Assembly: GCA_951406725.2 (NCBI GenBank)
Contig: OX597817.1
Location: forward strand, 172,918,001 to 172,982,000
DNA from: Octopus vulgaris
Taxonomy: Eukaryota
Reading direction: 5' to 3'
DNA: 64,000 bases
Positions 40,729-56,615 of the stretch are shown piece by piece. The notes under the pieces are model-generated. The model worked only from the letters and a program-made list of their open reading frames with translations, was not told the DNA's origin and made no database searches. Both the position numbers and the translations under genes were made by a program. How positions within the stretch are numbered: position 1 is the first letter of the stretch; the number at the start of each line of letters is the position of its first letter.

Positions 40729-41060
40729 ACAAGAGTACTCAGAGAGCACAAACTTCTGCCCAGGCAACACCAATATCCTCTCAATGATTAATCAGAGATG
40801 ATCTTTAAAATGAGAATATCTGAAATAAATTTGACTGTTCTCACAAGTGATAATACTAAAAATGAACCCAACCGCTCTCAAGACTTAAGTAAAAAACCGG
40901 AAAAATAATTCAGAATTCTTGTCCTGTACTGGATCAGTCCTAAATTCTAATCAGTTCATGCTAGTCACATGACCAAACATCGCTGAAAGTTTCATTTAAA
41001 TCCATCCAGCAGTTCTTGAGACATCTTGTCCACAGATAAACAACCAAACAAGCACCCCAT
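40729..41060 (+). mobile_element. Helentron/HINE (DINE-1-like) non-autonomous element fragment
   Basis: Starts aacaagagtactcagagagc and contains aagtttcatttaaatcc...gttcttgagacatc...acagataaacaaccaaaca, an arrangement typical of molluscan HINE-like repeats. Confidence 0.5.
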
Positions 41061-42087
41061 ATAACCTCACATAACTTTTTCATTTTTTGGAATTTTCAAA
41101 AAACTTTTGAGAATTTGTGTTCTACACATTGGAATTCATACAATTACAATAAAATTTTTGGCATGTGATTTAAGGGAAATTTAGCTGTTGCTTTTAGCAC
41201 ATCATACCTTCCTCGTTTTTATGTTTTTCAATATTTTTCTCCCCATAAACATATTTGATGGTCCAATGCTGGGATTTAAGCAAAAGAATTCAGATTATCT
41301 GTATTCTAAACTCTGATTTATATTAAAAAAAAAAAATTGAAAAGGGGTTGAAATTTTAGGATTTATGGGGGATAAAAAAGTTTTTTATCATGGATTCCCA
41401 TGTGTAGGAAACAAATTCACAAAAATTTTCTAAAAATCCCAAAAGATAAAAAGATAATGAGGGATTATATGGGGGGCTTAAACAAGAATCCCACCTATAA
41501 TGATAGCATTTGTATACATGAAAAATGATATTAATACTAGTAATAACAAGAACAATATTTTGGCAATAGAATGATACGAACATTAATGCTTTTTATTGTG
41601 TATTTAGCAAACACTTAACTACAATAAATAAGAAAACAAAAAACAAAACACGACTATATCTTAGTTTTAGTAGAATGGAAGAAAACTATTACAAATTCTC
41701 TCACCGACAAGTGCAGAGTTTCAACAAAGAAATAACATAAAAATGCAGATTTTGTATGACGAGCTGATGAGAAATATCTCCTGACTGCCAAAGCAAAGAT
41801 AATTACATAAATGTGCAGGTGTGCAGGTGTGTGACTGTGTGCAAAGTGAATGTATGTGAATATGTACATTTATACATGTATACAAGCATGTGTGTATCTG
41901 TGTGTGTGTATAGTAGCTGTTTTCTTGTATATGAGCAAAGCCATTGCTAGAAAGAATCACTGAAATGAGCCATTGATGATGCAGTGTGAGGCCCTTGTAT
42001 GACTAGCCAAAGTTTTGCATATTCTATTGCATAATTGCACATCTATGCTGGCTGGCAGAGTGTCCAGATGCCACAGTATGAAGTCTT

Positions 42088-42260
42088 TTAACATGCCTTT
42101 TCAATCCTATAAACTGAAAGGCACACCTTTCCACAGGCTGCACATGTTCTGTTGTGAACGATAGCTGTATCACAATCTACACAGGGTTGATTCCCCTGAG
42201 TTTTCTGATGGCTAACCAGGCCTGCATGACTCAAGCATTTCCTTCCAGGAATCACAGACA
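42088..42260 (-). mobile_element. RTE-type LINE C-terminal zinc-finger remnant
   Basis: GRKCLSHAGLVSHQK...CAACGKVCLS resembles the RTE C-terminal CxxCxRxCxSxxGLxSH motif. Confidence 0.55.
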
Positions 42261-43542
42261 TAAAAAGCAACACCCCCTCATTTTCCACTGTCTGTTTTGT
42301 ATGTATGTGTGTGTGTGTGCATGCGTGTACACATGCACGCTTGCACACATGCACGCTTGCACACACGCATGACCAAAGCTTTTTGAGTGGATTTGGTAGA
42401 TGGAAACTGAAAGAAGCCTATCAAATATATATAAATGTATATACTCTTTTACTTGTTTCAGTCATTTGACTGCAACCATGCTGGAGCACCACCTTTAGTC
42501 GAGCAAATCGACCCCAGGACTTATTCTTTTGTAAGCCTAATACTTATTCTATCTTTTTGTCGAACTGCTAAGTTACAGGGACGTAAATACATGAGCATCG
42601 GTTGTCAAGCGATGTTGTGGGGACAAACACTGACACACAAACATATATATATATATACATACATACATACATACATACATACATACATACATACGACAGG
42701 CTTCTTTCAGTTTCCGTCTACCAAATCCACTCACAAGGCTTTGGTCAGCCCGAGGTTATAGTAGAAGACACTTGCCCAAGGTGCCACACAGTGGGACTGA
42801 ACCTGGAACCATGTGGTTGGTAAGCAAGCTACTTACCACACAGCCACCCCTACACCTGTATATGTATATATCTATGTGTGAGTGTCTTTGTGTTTGTGTT
42901 TGTCCTCCACCATCACTTGCTGCTGTGTTTATGTTCTTGTAACTTAGCAGTTCAGCAAATGAGACGGATAAAATAAAATATATATATATATATATATACA
43001 TATATACGACAGGCTTCTTTCAGTTTCCATCTACCAAATCCACTCACAAGCTTTTGGTCGACCCGAGGCTGTAGTAGAAGACACTTGCCCAAGGTGCCAT
43101 GCAGTGGGACTGAACCCAGAACCATATGGTTGGCAAACAAGCTACTTACCACACAGCCACTGTGTATAGAATTCATATAAAAATTTATTCAAGAAGAAGA
43201 TGGTAAAACAGGCTTTGATTACGAATTACAGTTGTTTCTGTGCTGTTGCACAAGCTTTAAGTTGCTGAGTTTTCATTCTCATATCATCATCATCATCATC
43301 GTTTAACGTCCGTTTTCCGCGCTAATTACATAAAATTATTTTATAAATAAGTATATAAATAAATATGATTCAGCAACTGTTATGTGCCAGTACTTCACCG
43401 AGCAGATTGCTCTGACATCACTGCCGGATGGATCTCTTTGAATTTCCCCTCTTTTATATGCTATTGAATAAATATCTTTCTCTCCTTTGCTGTGTGGTTC
43501 ATGAGTTCAAGGCCACACAAGTTAAAAATACCACATATACAT

Positions 43543-43579
<37 letters not shown>

Positions 43580-43689
43580 CATACACACACGCACATGTAT
43601 ATATACATATATATATATATATGTATATATATATACACACATACACACATATATGATATATATATATATATATATACACACATACACAC

Positions 43690-43726
<37 letters not shown>

Positions 43727-44879
43727 TTGTAGCAAAACAAAAATAAAAATAAAAGTTTCAATTACAAAAAAAGAGACTAATTTCATTAATGGAAGTGAAA
43801 GGAAATAGATTTATAAATGCATATCAGACCTAACTCCAGTCTTTTTATTTTATTGTAAGCTTGTCTCTCAGGCTGGTATCAGTTGCTGTCGAAGAGTTAA
43901 GACTTGAACTAGAAATATCTATCATCATTGGAGTCTGTCTTGCTATCTTTTTAGGAATATGGATTTACTAGGAGGATTTACTGGTATGGAAGCTAACCGG
44001 CTTCCGTGCCAGTGGCACATAAAAGGCATCATTCGAGTGTGATTGTTACCAGCGTCACCTTACTGGCACTTGTGCCTGTGCTAGTAGGGTGCCAAAAGCA
44101 CCATCTGAGCGTGATCGTTGCCAGAGCGGATAACTGGCTTCCGTGCCGGTGGCACATAAAAGGCACCATTCGAGCGTGATTGTTACCAGCGTCGCCTTAC
44201 TGGCACCTGTGCTGGTGGCATGTGTAAAAAGATTCGAGCGAGGTTGTTGCCAGTACCGCCTGACTGGCTCTGTGCTGGTGGCACTTAAAAAGCACCCACC
44301 ACACTCTCAGAGTGGTTGGCGTTAGGAAGAGCATCCAGCTGTAGAAACATTGCCATATCAAGATTAGAGCCTGGTGCAGTGATCTGGTTTGCCAGCCCTC
44401 AGTCAAAATCATCCAACCCACGTTAGCATGGAAAGCAGACGTTAAAAGATGATGAGAGGATTCCCAGTCCCCTCGCTCCTGTTGCTTTTAGTCACCTCTT
44501 ACGTGTGGATCGATGGAGTGAAGAAAGCTTCGGTGGTTAGAGGTGGTTAGAGAAGCAAGAGAGTTTATAAATGATAGGAAAGCTTGGAGAGTGTTTGTGG
44601 ATGGATCAGTGAATTTTGATGCTACTCAAAGGGGTACGGAATCAGCATGATGCGGCAGGGGTAAGCAAGCATATGCTGTTGGGCCCTGCTGCTGATTTTG
44701 AGGGTTGCGTTCTATGCCTTGACCCGAGCATAGAACAGAGCTTGCCTCTTTGAGCTGGGAAATGAATGGAATGCCTGATGTGTCTTGTTGTGGCCACCTC
44801 CTCCTAAAATAAGGCCTGGGTTAAGTTACGGGAACATAAACACACCAGCATCGGTTGTCAAGCGATGTTGTGGGGACAA

Positions 44880-44926
<47 letters not shown>

Positions 44927-45155
44927 CTTTACTTATATATACTCATATACAACGTCATTTGACTGCGGCTACATGCTGGAGCACTTGCCTTTAGTTGAGC
45001 AAATCGACCCCAGGGCTTATTCTTTGTAAGCCTGGTACTTCTTATTGTATTGGTCCCTTTTGCCGAACCGCTAAGTTACGGGAACATAAACACACCAGCA
45101 TCAGTTGTCAAGCGATGTTGTGGGGACAAACACAGACACACAAACACACACACAC

Positions 45156-45220
<65 letters not shown>

Positions 45221-45519
45221 TACAACGGGCTTCTTTCAGTGGGACTGAACCCGGAACCATTTGGTTGAGAATAAAAACTCAGCAACTTACAATACATGCA
45301 ATGGCACAGAAACAAATGTTGAAATTTGTACTTAAAGTCATTTTTTTCCATCTTCTTGTATAAATTTCTAAATAGACACACACACACACACACAGATCCC
45401 TCTTTAAGTTTATTTCTACAGATTTTCTATAGAATTTAGAGCCAGCTCTGAATATTATGACATTTCGTATAATAAATGTGTCTATGTAAACAGTGTGCTT
45501 GAAGATAGAGAAATAAATA

Positions 45520-45580
45520 ATGGGTGTATATGCACATTTCAGGAATTCCTGCTCCTTCTTCAGCACCACATCCCACCCAT
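45520..45580 (-). ncRNA. Type I hammerhead ribozyme candidate
   Basis: GUG-CUGAAGA (45563-45557), stem II AGGA..UCCU, GAAA (45540-45537), UGUGCA, UA, then UAC-ACCCAU. The distal ACCCAU pairs with upstream AUGGGU across a bulge. Predicted AUA cleavage is between 45529 and 45528. Confidence 0.65.
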
Positions 45581-47629
45581 TAACTATCCATGAACACATT
45601 GCATAAAAAGCCACTAAGTTAAGCAGTGTGACACTATTGGATCGACCAATTTATATGTTAAACACATTCCTGGTGACTAATATGTGCAAATTAATTGCTG
45701 GTAGGAAGACCAAATTTCATTTTTGCAACCATAATATGCTTCCAAGTTTATTGAAGCTTTATAAGTCCTTGTCAGTGGCATCTCTGATTTCCCATCCATG
45801 ATCACGTAAAAAGCACAATTCGAGCGTGATCATTACCAGCGTCACTTTGCTGGCACGTAAAAAAAATATTTGAGCGATGTCGTTGCCAGTGCCGCTAGAT
45901 TGGCTTCTGGGCATGTGGCACATAAAGAACGCCATATGAGCATGGCCGTTTCCAGTACCGCTTGACTAGCCCTTGTGCCGGTGGCACGTAAAAGCACCCA
46001 CTACACTCTCGGAGTGGTTGGCATTAGGAAGAGCATTCAGCTGTAGAAACTCTGCCAGATCAGATTGGAGCCTGGTGCAGCCATCTGGTTTGCCAGTTCT
46101 CAGTCAAATCGTCCAACCCATGCTAGCATGGAAAGTGGACGTTAAACAATGATGATGATGATGTTCTCTCAGATTACTATTCAGTCCTGCCGCAAATCTG
46201 CACGGTTTGAAGTATAGGTGACAGTCAAAAGTAGTAACATACTGTGTGCTTCCAGCTGGTTAGGTCTACACATGTCACCACTCTTCCATTACTATAGGAC
46301 ATTCAATAGATAGTATGGCAAATGAGGTCACCACCACAAAGAGACACCTGTACGTAACGGGATTTTATCAATAAATGCTTGTACAACACAAATACTATTC
46401 TCTGAATCGCCATGAATATCACCCAATGACATACTGAAGGGAGATACCAGTAATTATGTGAAACTGCAAGTTTTACATCAGAGTATTCCTCTCCTAGTGT
46501 CTCATTCATGGAGGTTTTACTGCCCTGGCACCAACCACGAGTATTTCTGAATCTCTGTGCTCAGATGGATTGTCATCACATATGTTAGTTAACCCAGAGG
46601 GGTTGGACACTGACTGATGTTTCTATTCACGGCCAGAGTAAACATGGGAAAGAGGTGGTCCCACACTCCTCAAACCGATGGAACTCCATCACCAGAACCC
46701 CACTACCTGATGCAGTTTAAAATCAAGTCACACCCAAAATATATACACATACATATATATACATATATATATACACACACAAATAACTATACATATATAT
46801 ATTCATCGATGTATATATATATAAAAACACCATTTGAGCATGGTCATTGCCAGTACCGCCTGACTGGCTCTCGTAAAAGCACCCACTACACTCTCAGAGT
46901 GGTTGGCATTAGGAAGGGCATCCAGCTGTAGAAACTCTGCCAGATCAAGATTGGAGCCTGGTGCAACCATCTGGTTTGCCAGTCCTCAGTCAGATTGTTC
47001 AACCCATGCCAGCATGGAAAGCGGACGTTAAACGATGATGATGATGATGATGATGATGATATATATAAAATATAAATATATATATACACACATACACGAA
47101 AATCTGTAAACACACATAAACACATAGATCAACATATATATATACATATACACAAGTATACAGAAATGTATATACAAATATTTATATATACAAACACACA
47201 TATATATAGACAGATTATGTTAATAAATTAACCCTACACTCATGCAGGGTTAATGCATAAATTTTCGTCTCATCAACAAAGCCACATGCAACTTTCAGCA
47301 TATATCAAGAAATAATCCAAGCATTTAGTTTCTCTAAGCTAAGATTTACCATAAATTAACAAGTAACTAATAAACAACTAACCATCAAATGAGCAGAAGT
47401 ATTCTACCCTTTTCCTTCTTTATACCAAGCTTGCCTTCATACTTTAGATTTATGAACATGTAGGCGTAGGAGTGGCTGTGTGGTAAGTAGCTTGCTTACC
47501 AACAACATGGTTCTGGGTTCAGTCCCACTGCATGGCACCTTGGGCAAGTGTCTTCTACTAAAGCCTCAGGCTGACCAAAGCCTTGTGAGTGGAATTGGCA
47601 GATGGAAACTGAAAGAAGCACATTGTATA

Positions 47630-47685
<56 letters not shown>

Positions 47686-47701
47686 ACTCTAATTTTTTCA
47701 G

Positions 47702-47703
<2 letters not shown>

Positions 47704-47750
<47 letters not shown>

Positions 47751-48178
47751 TCTTTACCTTTTGACAAACAGTCTAAGCAGCAGAGAATGTCTTAATTAGG
47801 TACTCATAGTCTTATTCCTGGAGCTTCTGTCATGACTGATTCTTCTTATGTTTGATGAGCAAATTTTGCTGCAAAATCCGCAAGCAAGGAAGGTGCTACA
47901 GGGCCATTGTATGTTGTCCTTCTGTCTCTGGCATTTTGCTTTGAGCGCCAGGATGTTTTCTTCCTCAGTCTTTTTGACCCTTTGGTTTACAATGCTGGAG
48001 TACCATTCACAAGCCTTCCAAGTATTTTCTCTTGTAATGGCAAGTTGGCTCAGCGTAGCAGACCCAAAGAACAACCAAAGCAGAGATTTAAGGACACATG
48101 TGAGAGCAGCCTGACCAAGTGTCACGTTGATGCAGCAAAGACTTGGGAAAAGTTAGCTGAAGACAGAACAGCACAGAA
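47704..48178 (-). mobile_element. RTE LINE 3' fragment with a 5' inversion
   Basis: Plus strand 48005-48178 encodes GKLAQRSRPKEQPKQRFKDTC...WEKLAEDRTA. Minus strand 47998-47796 encodes the expected continuation SIVNQRVKK...CGFCSKICSSNI..ISH, then a short 3'UTR and (TA)n. Confidence 0.75.
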
Positions 48179-49861
48179 TATTTATATATTATATATACAA
48201 TGCAAAAACACTTTGAAGACCATGATAGTCAATAAAATAAAAATTAAATTTAAAAGTTTATTTGTTCTGTATGGCCTCATACCAAATGAGTTATAGACTA
48301 ATGATTGAGGATACCTGATGTATAAAATTGGGATTATTCTATCAGTAACATTTGCTGAACTGCTAAGTAATGGGAGCATAAACAAATCAACACTGGTTGT
48401 CAAACTGTGGTGGGGAGAAACACAAACACACACAAACACATGCACACCCAAACACACATCTACTCAGAAGTCTTTGGTAGGCCTGAGGCTATTGCTGAAT
48501 ACACTTGCCCAAGGTTCAACACAGTGGGACTGAACCTACAACCGTGTGGTTGAAACTTTGAGGCAAAACTTTTCAAAGACTACAAGAATGGTGTATATGT
48601 CGATCTTTTGATGTATGTAAAATTATGACATGATGACTCAAGTTGGTCAGATGAAGAGAAGAAATGTCTACTGATATTTTTCTTACAGAAAATAATCAAT
48701 TCTAAAATTATTCAAAGACATTCTTTATATAGAAAGCATCCTTGAGAAATTTCCCATTTTATTGCTGTCTTTGATTCATTTGACACTGTAACTGAAATAG
48801 GAGAGGCGTTACACATGCCATTTTGGTATGTATCATGCCAACCAGCTAAGAAATAATTCCAGTGTAGTCTCTATAATTAGAAATAATTGTTCATCAATAT
48901 TCATTGAGCATGGCTGTGTGGTAAGAAGTTAGCCTCCCAACCACATAATTCTGGGTTCAATCCCATTGCATGGCACCTTGGGCAGGTGTCTTCTGCTATA
49001 GCCTCAAGCCGATTATAGCTTTGTGAGTGGATATGGTAGATGGAAACTGAAAGAAGCCTATCGTATGTGTGTGTGTGTGTGTCATTGTGAGTGCTTGACC
49101 AGCACCACTGTTTGGTAACCGGTGTTGGTGTGTTTATGTCTCAATAAATTAGCAGTTCAGCAAAAAGACACTGATAGAATAAATACCAGGCTTAAGGACA
49201 CAATTACTGGGGTTGATTCATTCAACTGAAACCCTCCAAGGTAGCGCACCAGCATGGCCACAGTCTCATGACTGAAACAAGTAAAAGATAAAATTGAACA
49301 AAACAGAAGAAGAACTGTGAATTCAGCTGACCACAGAATCTGAGAATCCCGACGAGGTCGACTTTCTTCATTCTAGGATCGATTAAATAAATAGTCAATG
49401 CTATCAACCGTACAATAAACGGTCAAAACCTCTGTTATGTCATAGGCTCTGACTCTAACCCAGACTGGCTCCACTTTATTTTAAAGAGCTTGGTCAGGGG
49501 TGGAAAGGCAACACCGACCACCCTTTACTCTTATTTATTTATATATTTGATTTATGTTTTTGTTTTGAGATCATCCGAAAAGGGGTGAGTAGAAAGGGTA
49601 AAAGTTCACTTCAAACTGGTTACCCAGACCGATTGCGAATAAACACAATGAATTCCACTAAAGGCACTCAAAGTAAGTAGCGATGTAAAATCAAGGATCA
49701 GATCAATTCTCTCCATCACCCAACCAAAATTAAACAAAGAACTGGAACTAATTATGTCAAGGCAACTTGTCCCACGTTCTAACAATTCAACCATCATGCC
49801 ATCGTCTTTTACAATTACTTTTATTGACCATAATAAAAAAACAAACTCCTTAAGATTATAA

Positions 49862-50467
<606 letters not shown>

Positions 50468-50902
50468 GAGAAGGGGAGGGATGTGGAGTAATTTTTAGAG
50501 GATTGTCGTCTGCCTGAGTTACAATACATTCAGACGAAAACGAAACTAAGAAATACTTGTGGTGCCCTACTTTGAGATGGGTAATGGAAACGGTTTCACA
50601 TTGAGTGTCGGCTTTTTATTTATGTTGATATTTTTAAAGCAACCAGTCAAGACCAAAGTGGGACGTTTGTTTCTTTAATTACTGATTTTTATTTTCATAT
50701 ATATATATATATATATACAAACAAAGAGTGATTTGTAAGAATAATTAAGAAAGTGTAATTGGTCTAAAAGAATCATTTGATGTAGATCTATTTTAAACCG
50801 CTAAGTGCGTTATATCTAATTGGAAACGCGAAAAAAATGAATAAATAAAATGAACAAGTTTAATAAATAATTACTTGAAATGTATTCTTATAGAAATATG
50901 TG

Positions 50903-50945
<43 letters not shown>

Positions 50946-50959
50946 GCACATATAGAGAT

Positions 50960-51012
<53 letters not shown>

Positions 51013-51072
51013 AACAAATATGTGTATAGATATATGCAAACTTAGCTATATATGAATATGTATCGATGTATG

Positions 51073-51134
<62 letters not shown>

Positions 51135-51175
51135 GTATGTTTTTCGCTCTTATATTTTCCTTATCTATATCTATT

Positions 51176-51272
<97 letters not shown>

Positions 51273-51713
51273 GTATATGTATATGTATATATATATATAT
51301 ATGTATGTATGTATACATGTGCGAACGAGTATACAAACGAAAGTAACACTCAACAAATATCGTTAATGTTACGCGTATATATATATATATATATATATAT
51401 ACACAAACACACCCACAAACACACGTAACTGTATGTATGTATCTATATTGAATTCAACTTACCACGCTGTTCGTTTTGCGTAATTTGTCGGAGAGAAAAT
51501 GCCACGAATTTAAGGCGTTTGAGTAAAATCTCATTCCAACTTGGATGTCTTGGATTCAAATGGGTTTCTAAAGACTAGCAGAGCTTAAATCTCTGGATCG
51601 ATCTTTCATTCAACTCGTGTGAAGAAAGAGAAGCTTATATGTGTTGACGCTGATCCGAAGCGGAACTGCGCGCTTTTCGTTGTGTTTTTTTTTTTAGCTT
51701 TATGTTTGTCTAA

Positions 51714-51782
<69 letters not shown>

Positions 51783-51877
51783 TGTACGGATGTGCGAGTT
51801 TATGTGTGTGTGTGTGTATGTATATCTATGAGTGTGTATGTGTGCATGCATTTACGTAAGAACATATATATGTATGT

Positions 51878-51922
<45 letters not shown>

Positions 51923-52341
51923 AGTGTGTGTGTTTGCATTTATCTAATTATACAGAAAAATCAATAAAATGAAAGTGTGTATTTATGTATTTGTTTGTAT
52001 TTATCTAATTATCCAGAAAAATAAAATAATTATAACATAAATGTGAGCATATGTGTTTGTGTGTGTATATACACACATACATACACACACACATACATTC
52101 ATACATACATACACACACATATACATACATATATACATACACACACACATGTGTATGAATGCACGTGCGAGTGTTTATGCGTGCGTGAATGTGCTTGCGG
52201 GTACGTTCTGTGTGTGTGTGTGTGTGTGTTGTTTATATAATAATTTTTTCAGAAAATCGATAATACAAATAAATAGCAAAAATATGAAATCAATCCTTTT
52301 TGTTTAATGAAGAGACATACTGCTCAATTAAACTTTTTATT

Positions 52342-52387
<46 letters not shown>

Positions 52388-52493
52388 ACTTCATACCTGC
52401 TTGAAGAATGATGCTCACACCTGTTCATTTCTGGATGTGTGTCATCTTTGCATATCTATAAATATCCACTTAAGTGCCTGCATTCTCTCTCCT

Positions 52494-52566
<73 letters not shown>

Positions 52567-52678
52567 ATAAAATATTGATAAAAATGGTAAGACAACAAAA
52601 GAAAGAGATACACGTGTATCTATATACACATACATACATATATATATACATACACATATAATATATATATTCATAAAG

Positions 52679-52727
<49 letters not shown>

Positions 52728-52843
52728 TACACATTCTTTTACTTATTTCGGTCTTTGGACTGCGGCTATACTGGAGCACGGCCTTGAAATGTTTAGTCAG
52801 ACAAATTGATCCCATAACTTAATTTTAAACCTAGTATATCTAC

Positions 52844-52894
<51 letters not shown>

Positions 52895-52895
52895 C

Positions 52896-52951
<56 letters not shown>

Positions 52952-53723
52952 GTGTATGTGTGCGTGCGTGCATCCCCCCCCCCCCCACCGATACATGCGA
53001 ATAGTTTTCATGCGTTTAGCAGAAGCGTTAAACCTGTCGCTCAAAACGTTTGTGGTATTTAATTAGGCCCTTTAAATTTTGCATTTGAACCCTTGTTGAT
53101 TGCAGTCCACTTTGCATTTCAGTTTTCCAGTGTTCGATAAAATAAAGTAACAGTCAAATATTCGGTGACTGATTCATATAAAGCATCCAAGATGTGAAAA
53201 CATCTAAAATAGAGATGTAATACCTCAAAGCCAAAGTTATATATGTAAGCCCGCGTAAATACAGACGTACGCAGTGACGCATACGACGAGCTGTGCGCAT
53301 GAATTCCTTTCTACAAATGCAAGTGCATATTGTCCATGCAATGCACGCACCTACACACACACACACACAAACACCTATTCAGTGACAAAATACCTTGGTT
53401 CACAAACTTACACAGAAACACATATCGTGTACAGATATTGCCGTTTTGTGAATATGAGTGTGCATAAATCGTTTTATGAATGTATGCACCCTGGGTCATC
53501 TTAGTAACAGCATTATAGCCCACAACCACCACCACAATCCCGGGGGAAAGCAATGTATTGGACCCTATTGTCTTTAAAGACAGCAAACAGTATACAGAAG
53601 TTAGAAATGGGACCCTAGACTCGTAAGCCTTCGACCCACCGGGCCTAGTATGTCTAAGGCAACAAAAACATGATGTAAAATTTCGTGTGTGTGTGCACGT
53701 ATATATATATATATATATACGTG

Positions 53724-53755
<32 letters not shown>

Positions 53756-55324
53756 GAGAGAGAGAGAGAGAGAGAGTAGATAAGAGAGAGGTACAGGAAA
53801 AAGAAATTCATTCGCAGACGTCTGCCAAATCAATACGTATGTGCGTCAGTGTATGTAGGCAATGTCAGCAAATGGATCCACCTGTTTGGCCTATTTCAAT
53901 GTAATAACATCTCTGTTCAACACATTTGACATAAATTTCTTGGAAACCCGGAACTTATTGATTGGCCTTGTATCTCATCCCCTTCCACTTTGCTTTCATC
54001 GAATTTACTTTGGATTGGTTTGCCCTTAACAAATACCAAGCGAAAGAACTATACAAAAATAGAAGTGGGTGACAGACAGGTCACTCTCTATTAGTCTCTT
54101 TTACTTGTTTCAGTCGTTTGACAACGGCCATGCTGGAGCACCGCCTTTAGCCGAGCAAATCGACACCAGGACTTATTCTTTGTAAGCCTGGTACTTATTC
54201 TATTGGTGTCTTTTGCCAAACCGCTAAGTTACTGCGACGTAAACACACCAGCATCGGTCGTCAAGCGATGTTGGGAGATAAACACAGACACACAAATATA
54301 TACATATACATACAATACATACAACGGGCTTCTTTCAGTTTCCGTCAGTTTCTTCTTTCAGTTTCACAAAGCTTTGGTAGAAGACACTTGCCCAAGGTGC
54401 CAAGCAGTGGGATTGAACCCAGAACACAGCCACTCCTGCGCCTATAACATTGGTCATAATATAGAGTGTCAAAAGTCCACGTCGGCTCTGAACAAGCAGA
54501 TCTAGAATCAATGGTTTTCTAATCTGACGATATCTTTTTATGCTTTACTTACTTCGGGCAGCCATGCTGGGGCACTACTTTGAAGGGTTTTAGTCAAACG
54601 AGCCCCCAATCCTCACCCCCAATATTTATTTTCAAGCCTGGCACTCTTTTTATCGGTGTCTTTCGCCGGGGACGTAAACACACCAGCATCGGTTGTCAAG
54701 CGATGTTGGGGAGGACAAACACAGACACACAAACATATACACATATATATACATATATACGACAGGCTTCTTTCAGTTCCCGTCTACCAAATCCACTCAC
54801 AAGGCTTTGGTTGACCCGAGTCTATAGTAGAAGACACTTGCTGAAGGTGCCACGCAGTTGGACTGAACCCGGAACCATGTAGTTGGTGAGACAGCTACTT
54901 ACCACTCAAAATAATTCCCGGATTCAAGAGAATCAAGTACTTAAACAGTAAAGCACCAATGTCAGGTCAGTGATAGCGATCTGACACGGATTTGCACTCT
55001 GGTTATCCGTACAATCATAAATGACCGATAGAATACACGAGTCGTGAAGGTCACACATGAGTACACTCACTGCACCTATTGCCCCGCACTCAGAAGACCC
55101 TAGATCCAAACGAATTGCAGGTCCCGAGATAGGTGAATGATAAACAAATAACAACAGATGGATTGTGGTTCACTACAGATATTTCAGACGTGTGTGTGTG
55201 TGTTTTGATGAACAAAAGTGTTATATCATGCAAAGAATTAAAAAAAGCGCTTTCATCAGGTGAATACCTGTAAGAATTATAATTTTGAACATCTCAAGAA
55301 CATATATTAAGTGGCATTTGACTC

Positions 55325-56580
55325 TGAAGGTAAGTCAAAAACTTTCCGCACTTTCGCCAAAACTTTCTGTAGTTTGGTCGCCTTCAACTCTAGCGTATTC
55401 TTGTGGTTACATAACCAAGTGCTGGTGTTGATCACTCCAGTTTTCTTTCATGAGTTACAGAGTAAACATGGTCGCTCCACCAAAGAATAACAGTGATCGG
55501 TGATCCGGTTCCTCTGGCCTAAAGGTGAAGCAGGGGATAAAATTCATTGTAGGCTTTCAGTACGATACGAGGACAGCGCTCTACCGCGTAGAAGTGTGTA
55601 TGAGTTTGGATCAAAAAGTTTAAAACAGCCAGATAAACGTGAAGACCAAAGAGAGAACAGAACGTCCACCAACCTCCACCGCTGACGTGAAGATTCAACA
55701 ACCTCGAGAGATGGTTCTTCCGAACCGATGAGTGACCATCGATGAGGTTACATGTACTATGCAAATTAGTCATGGTTCTGCATACGAATTCGCTTCCGTA
55801 AAGTCTGTGCGAGATGGGTGCCAAGAGAGCTTACCGAAGCGCATGAGCGCGATTGTGTAGAGTTCTGCCAACGCTGATTCGACTGCTTCAATGTTGAAGG
55901 TGAAACTTTTTTTTTTTATGAGAGAGAAAATAGTTAGAGGAGATGAGACCTGTATCCGTCACTTAAAGTCAGAATCGAAAAGCAGAATATGGAGTGGAAA
56001 CACCCGGGAACGCCGGCGAAAAAGAAATTCAAAACTCAATCTTCCGCAGAAAAAGTGATGCTAACCGTTTTGGGGACACACAAGGGCACATACCGGAATA
56101 TTACCTGGAAATGGGTCTACAGTCACCAGTGCAGGCTACAGCGAAATGCTGGCCAACAAACTGAAGCCAGCAATTCGCACCAAACACCAAGGTCTGTTGT
56201 CAAAGCAAGTGTTATCTTTGCATGACAATGTACACCCCACAAACGGCGGCCCACACCGTTGAAACCATAGCAACATTGGGTTTCGAGTTGCTGGGACACC
56301 CTGCATGTAGTCCAGATCTCACCCCTTCCGCCTATTACTTCTCTGGCCCACTCAAACATCTTTCACGGGGGTATCTATAGACTATGAACGAAGAAGCGAA
56401 GAAAGCAATGCATGAATAGCTGCGCAACGAGTAGAAAACCTTCTTCTCTGATGGAATCAGCAATCTTGTGGACTGCTGGAAGAAATGCATCGAAAAGCAA
56501 GGAGACAAAAAAGAAATAAATTAGGTCATTGTTTTAATAGATTATAGAAACGTGAGTGTGTATAATTCTTTTACTTATCG

Positions 56581-56584
<4 letters not shown>
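55325..56584 (+). mobile_element. Full-length but decayed mariner transposon
   Basis: About 1.26 kb. TIR remnants gaaggtaagtcaaaaactttccgcac / gtgtgtataattcttttacttatcgtcata. Motifs RWVPRELT, GDET, EWKHPGTPAKKKFK, KVMLTV, LHDN..PH, HPACSPDLTPS, with frameshifts. Confidence 0.92.
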
Positions 56585-56615
<31 letters not shown>

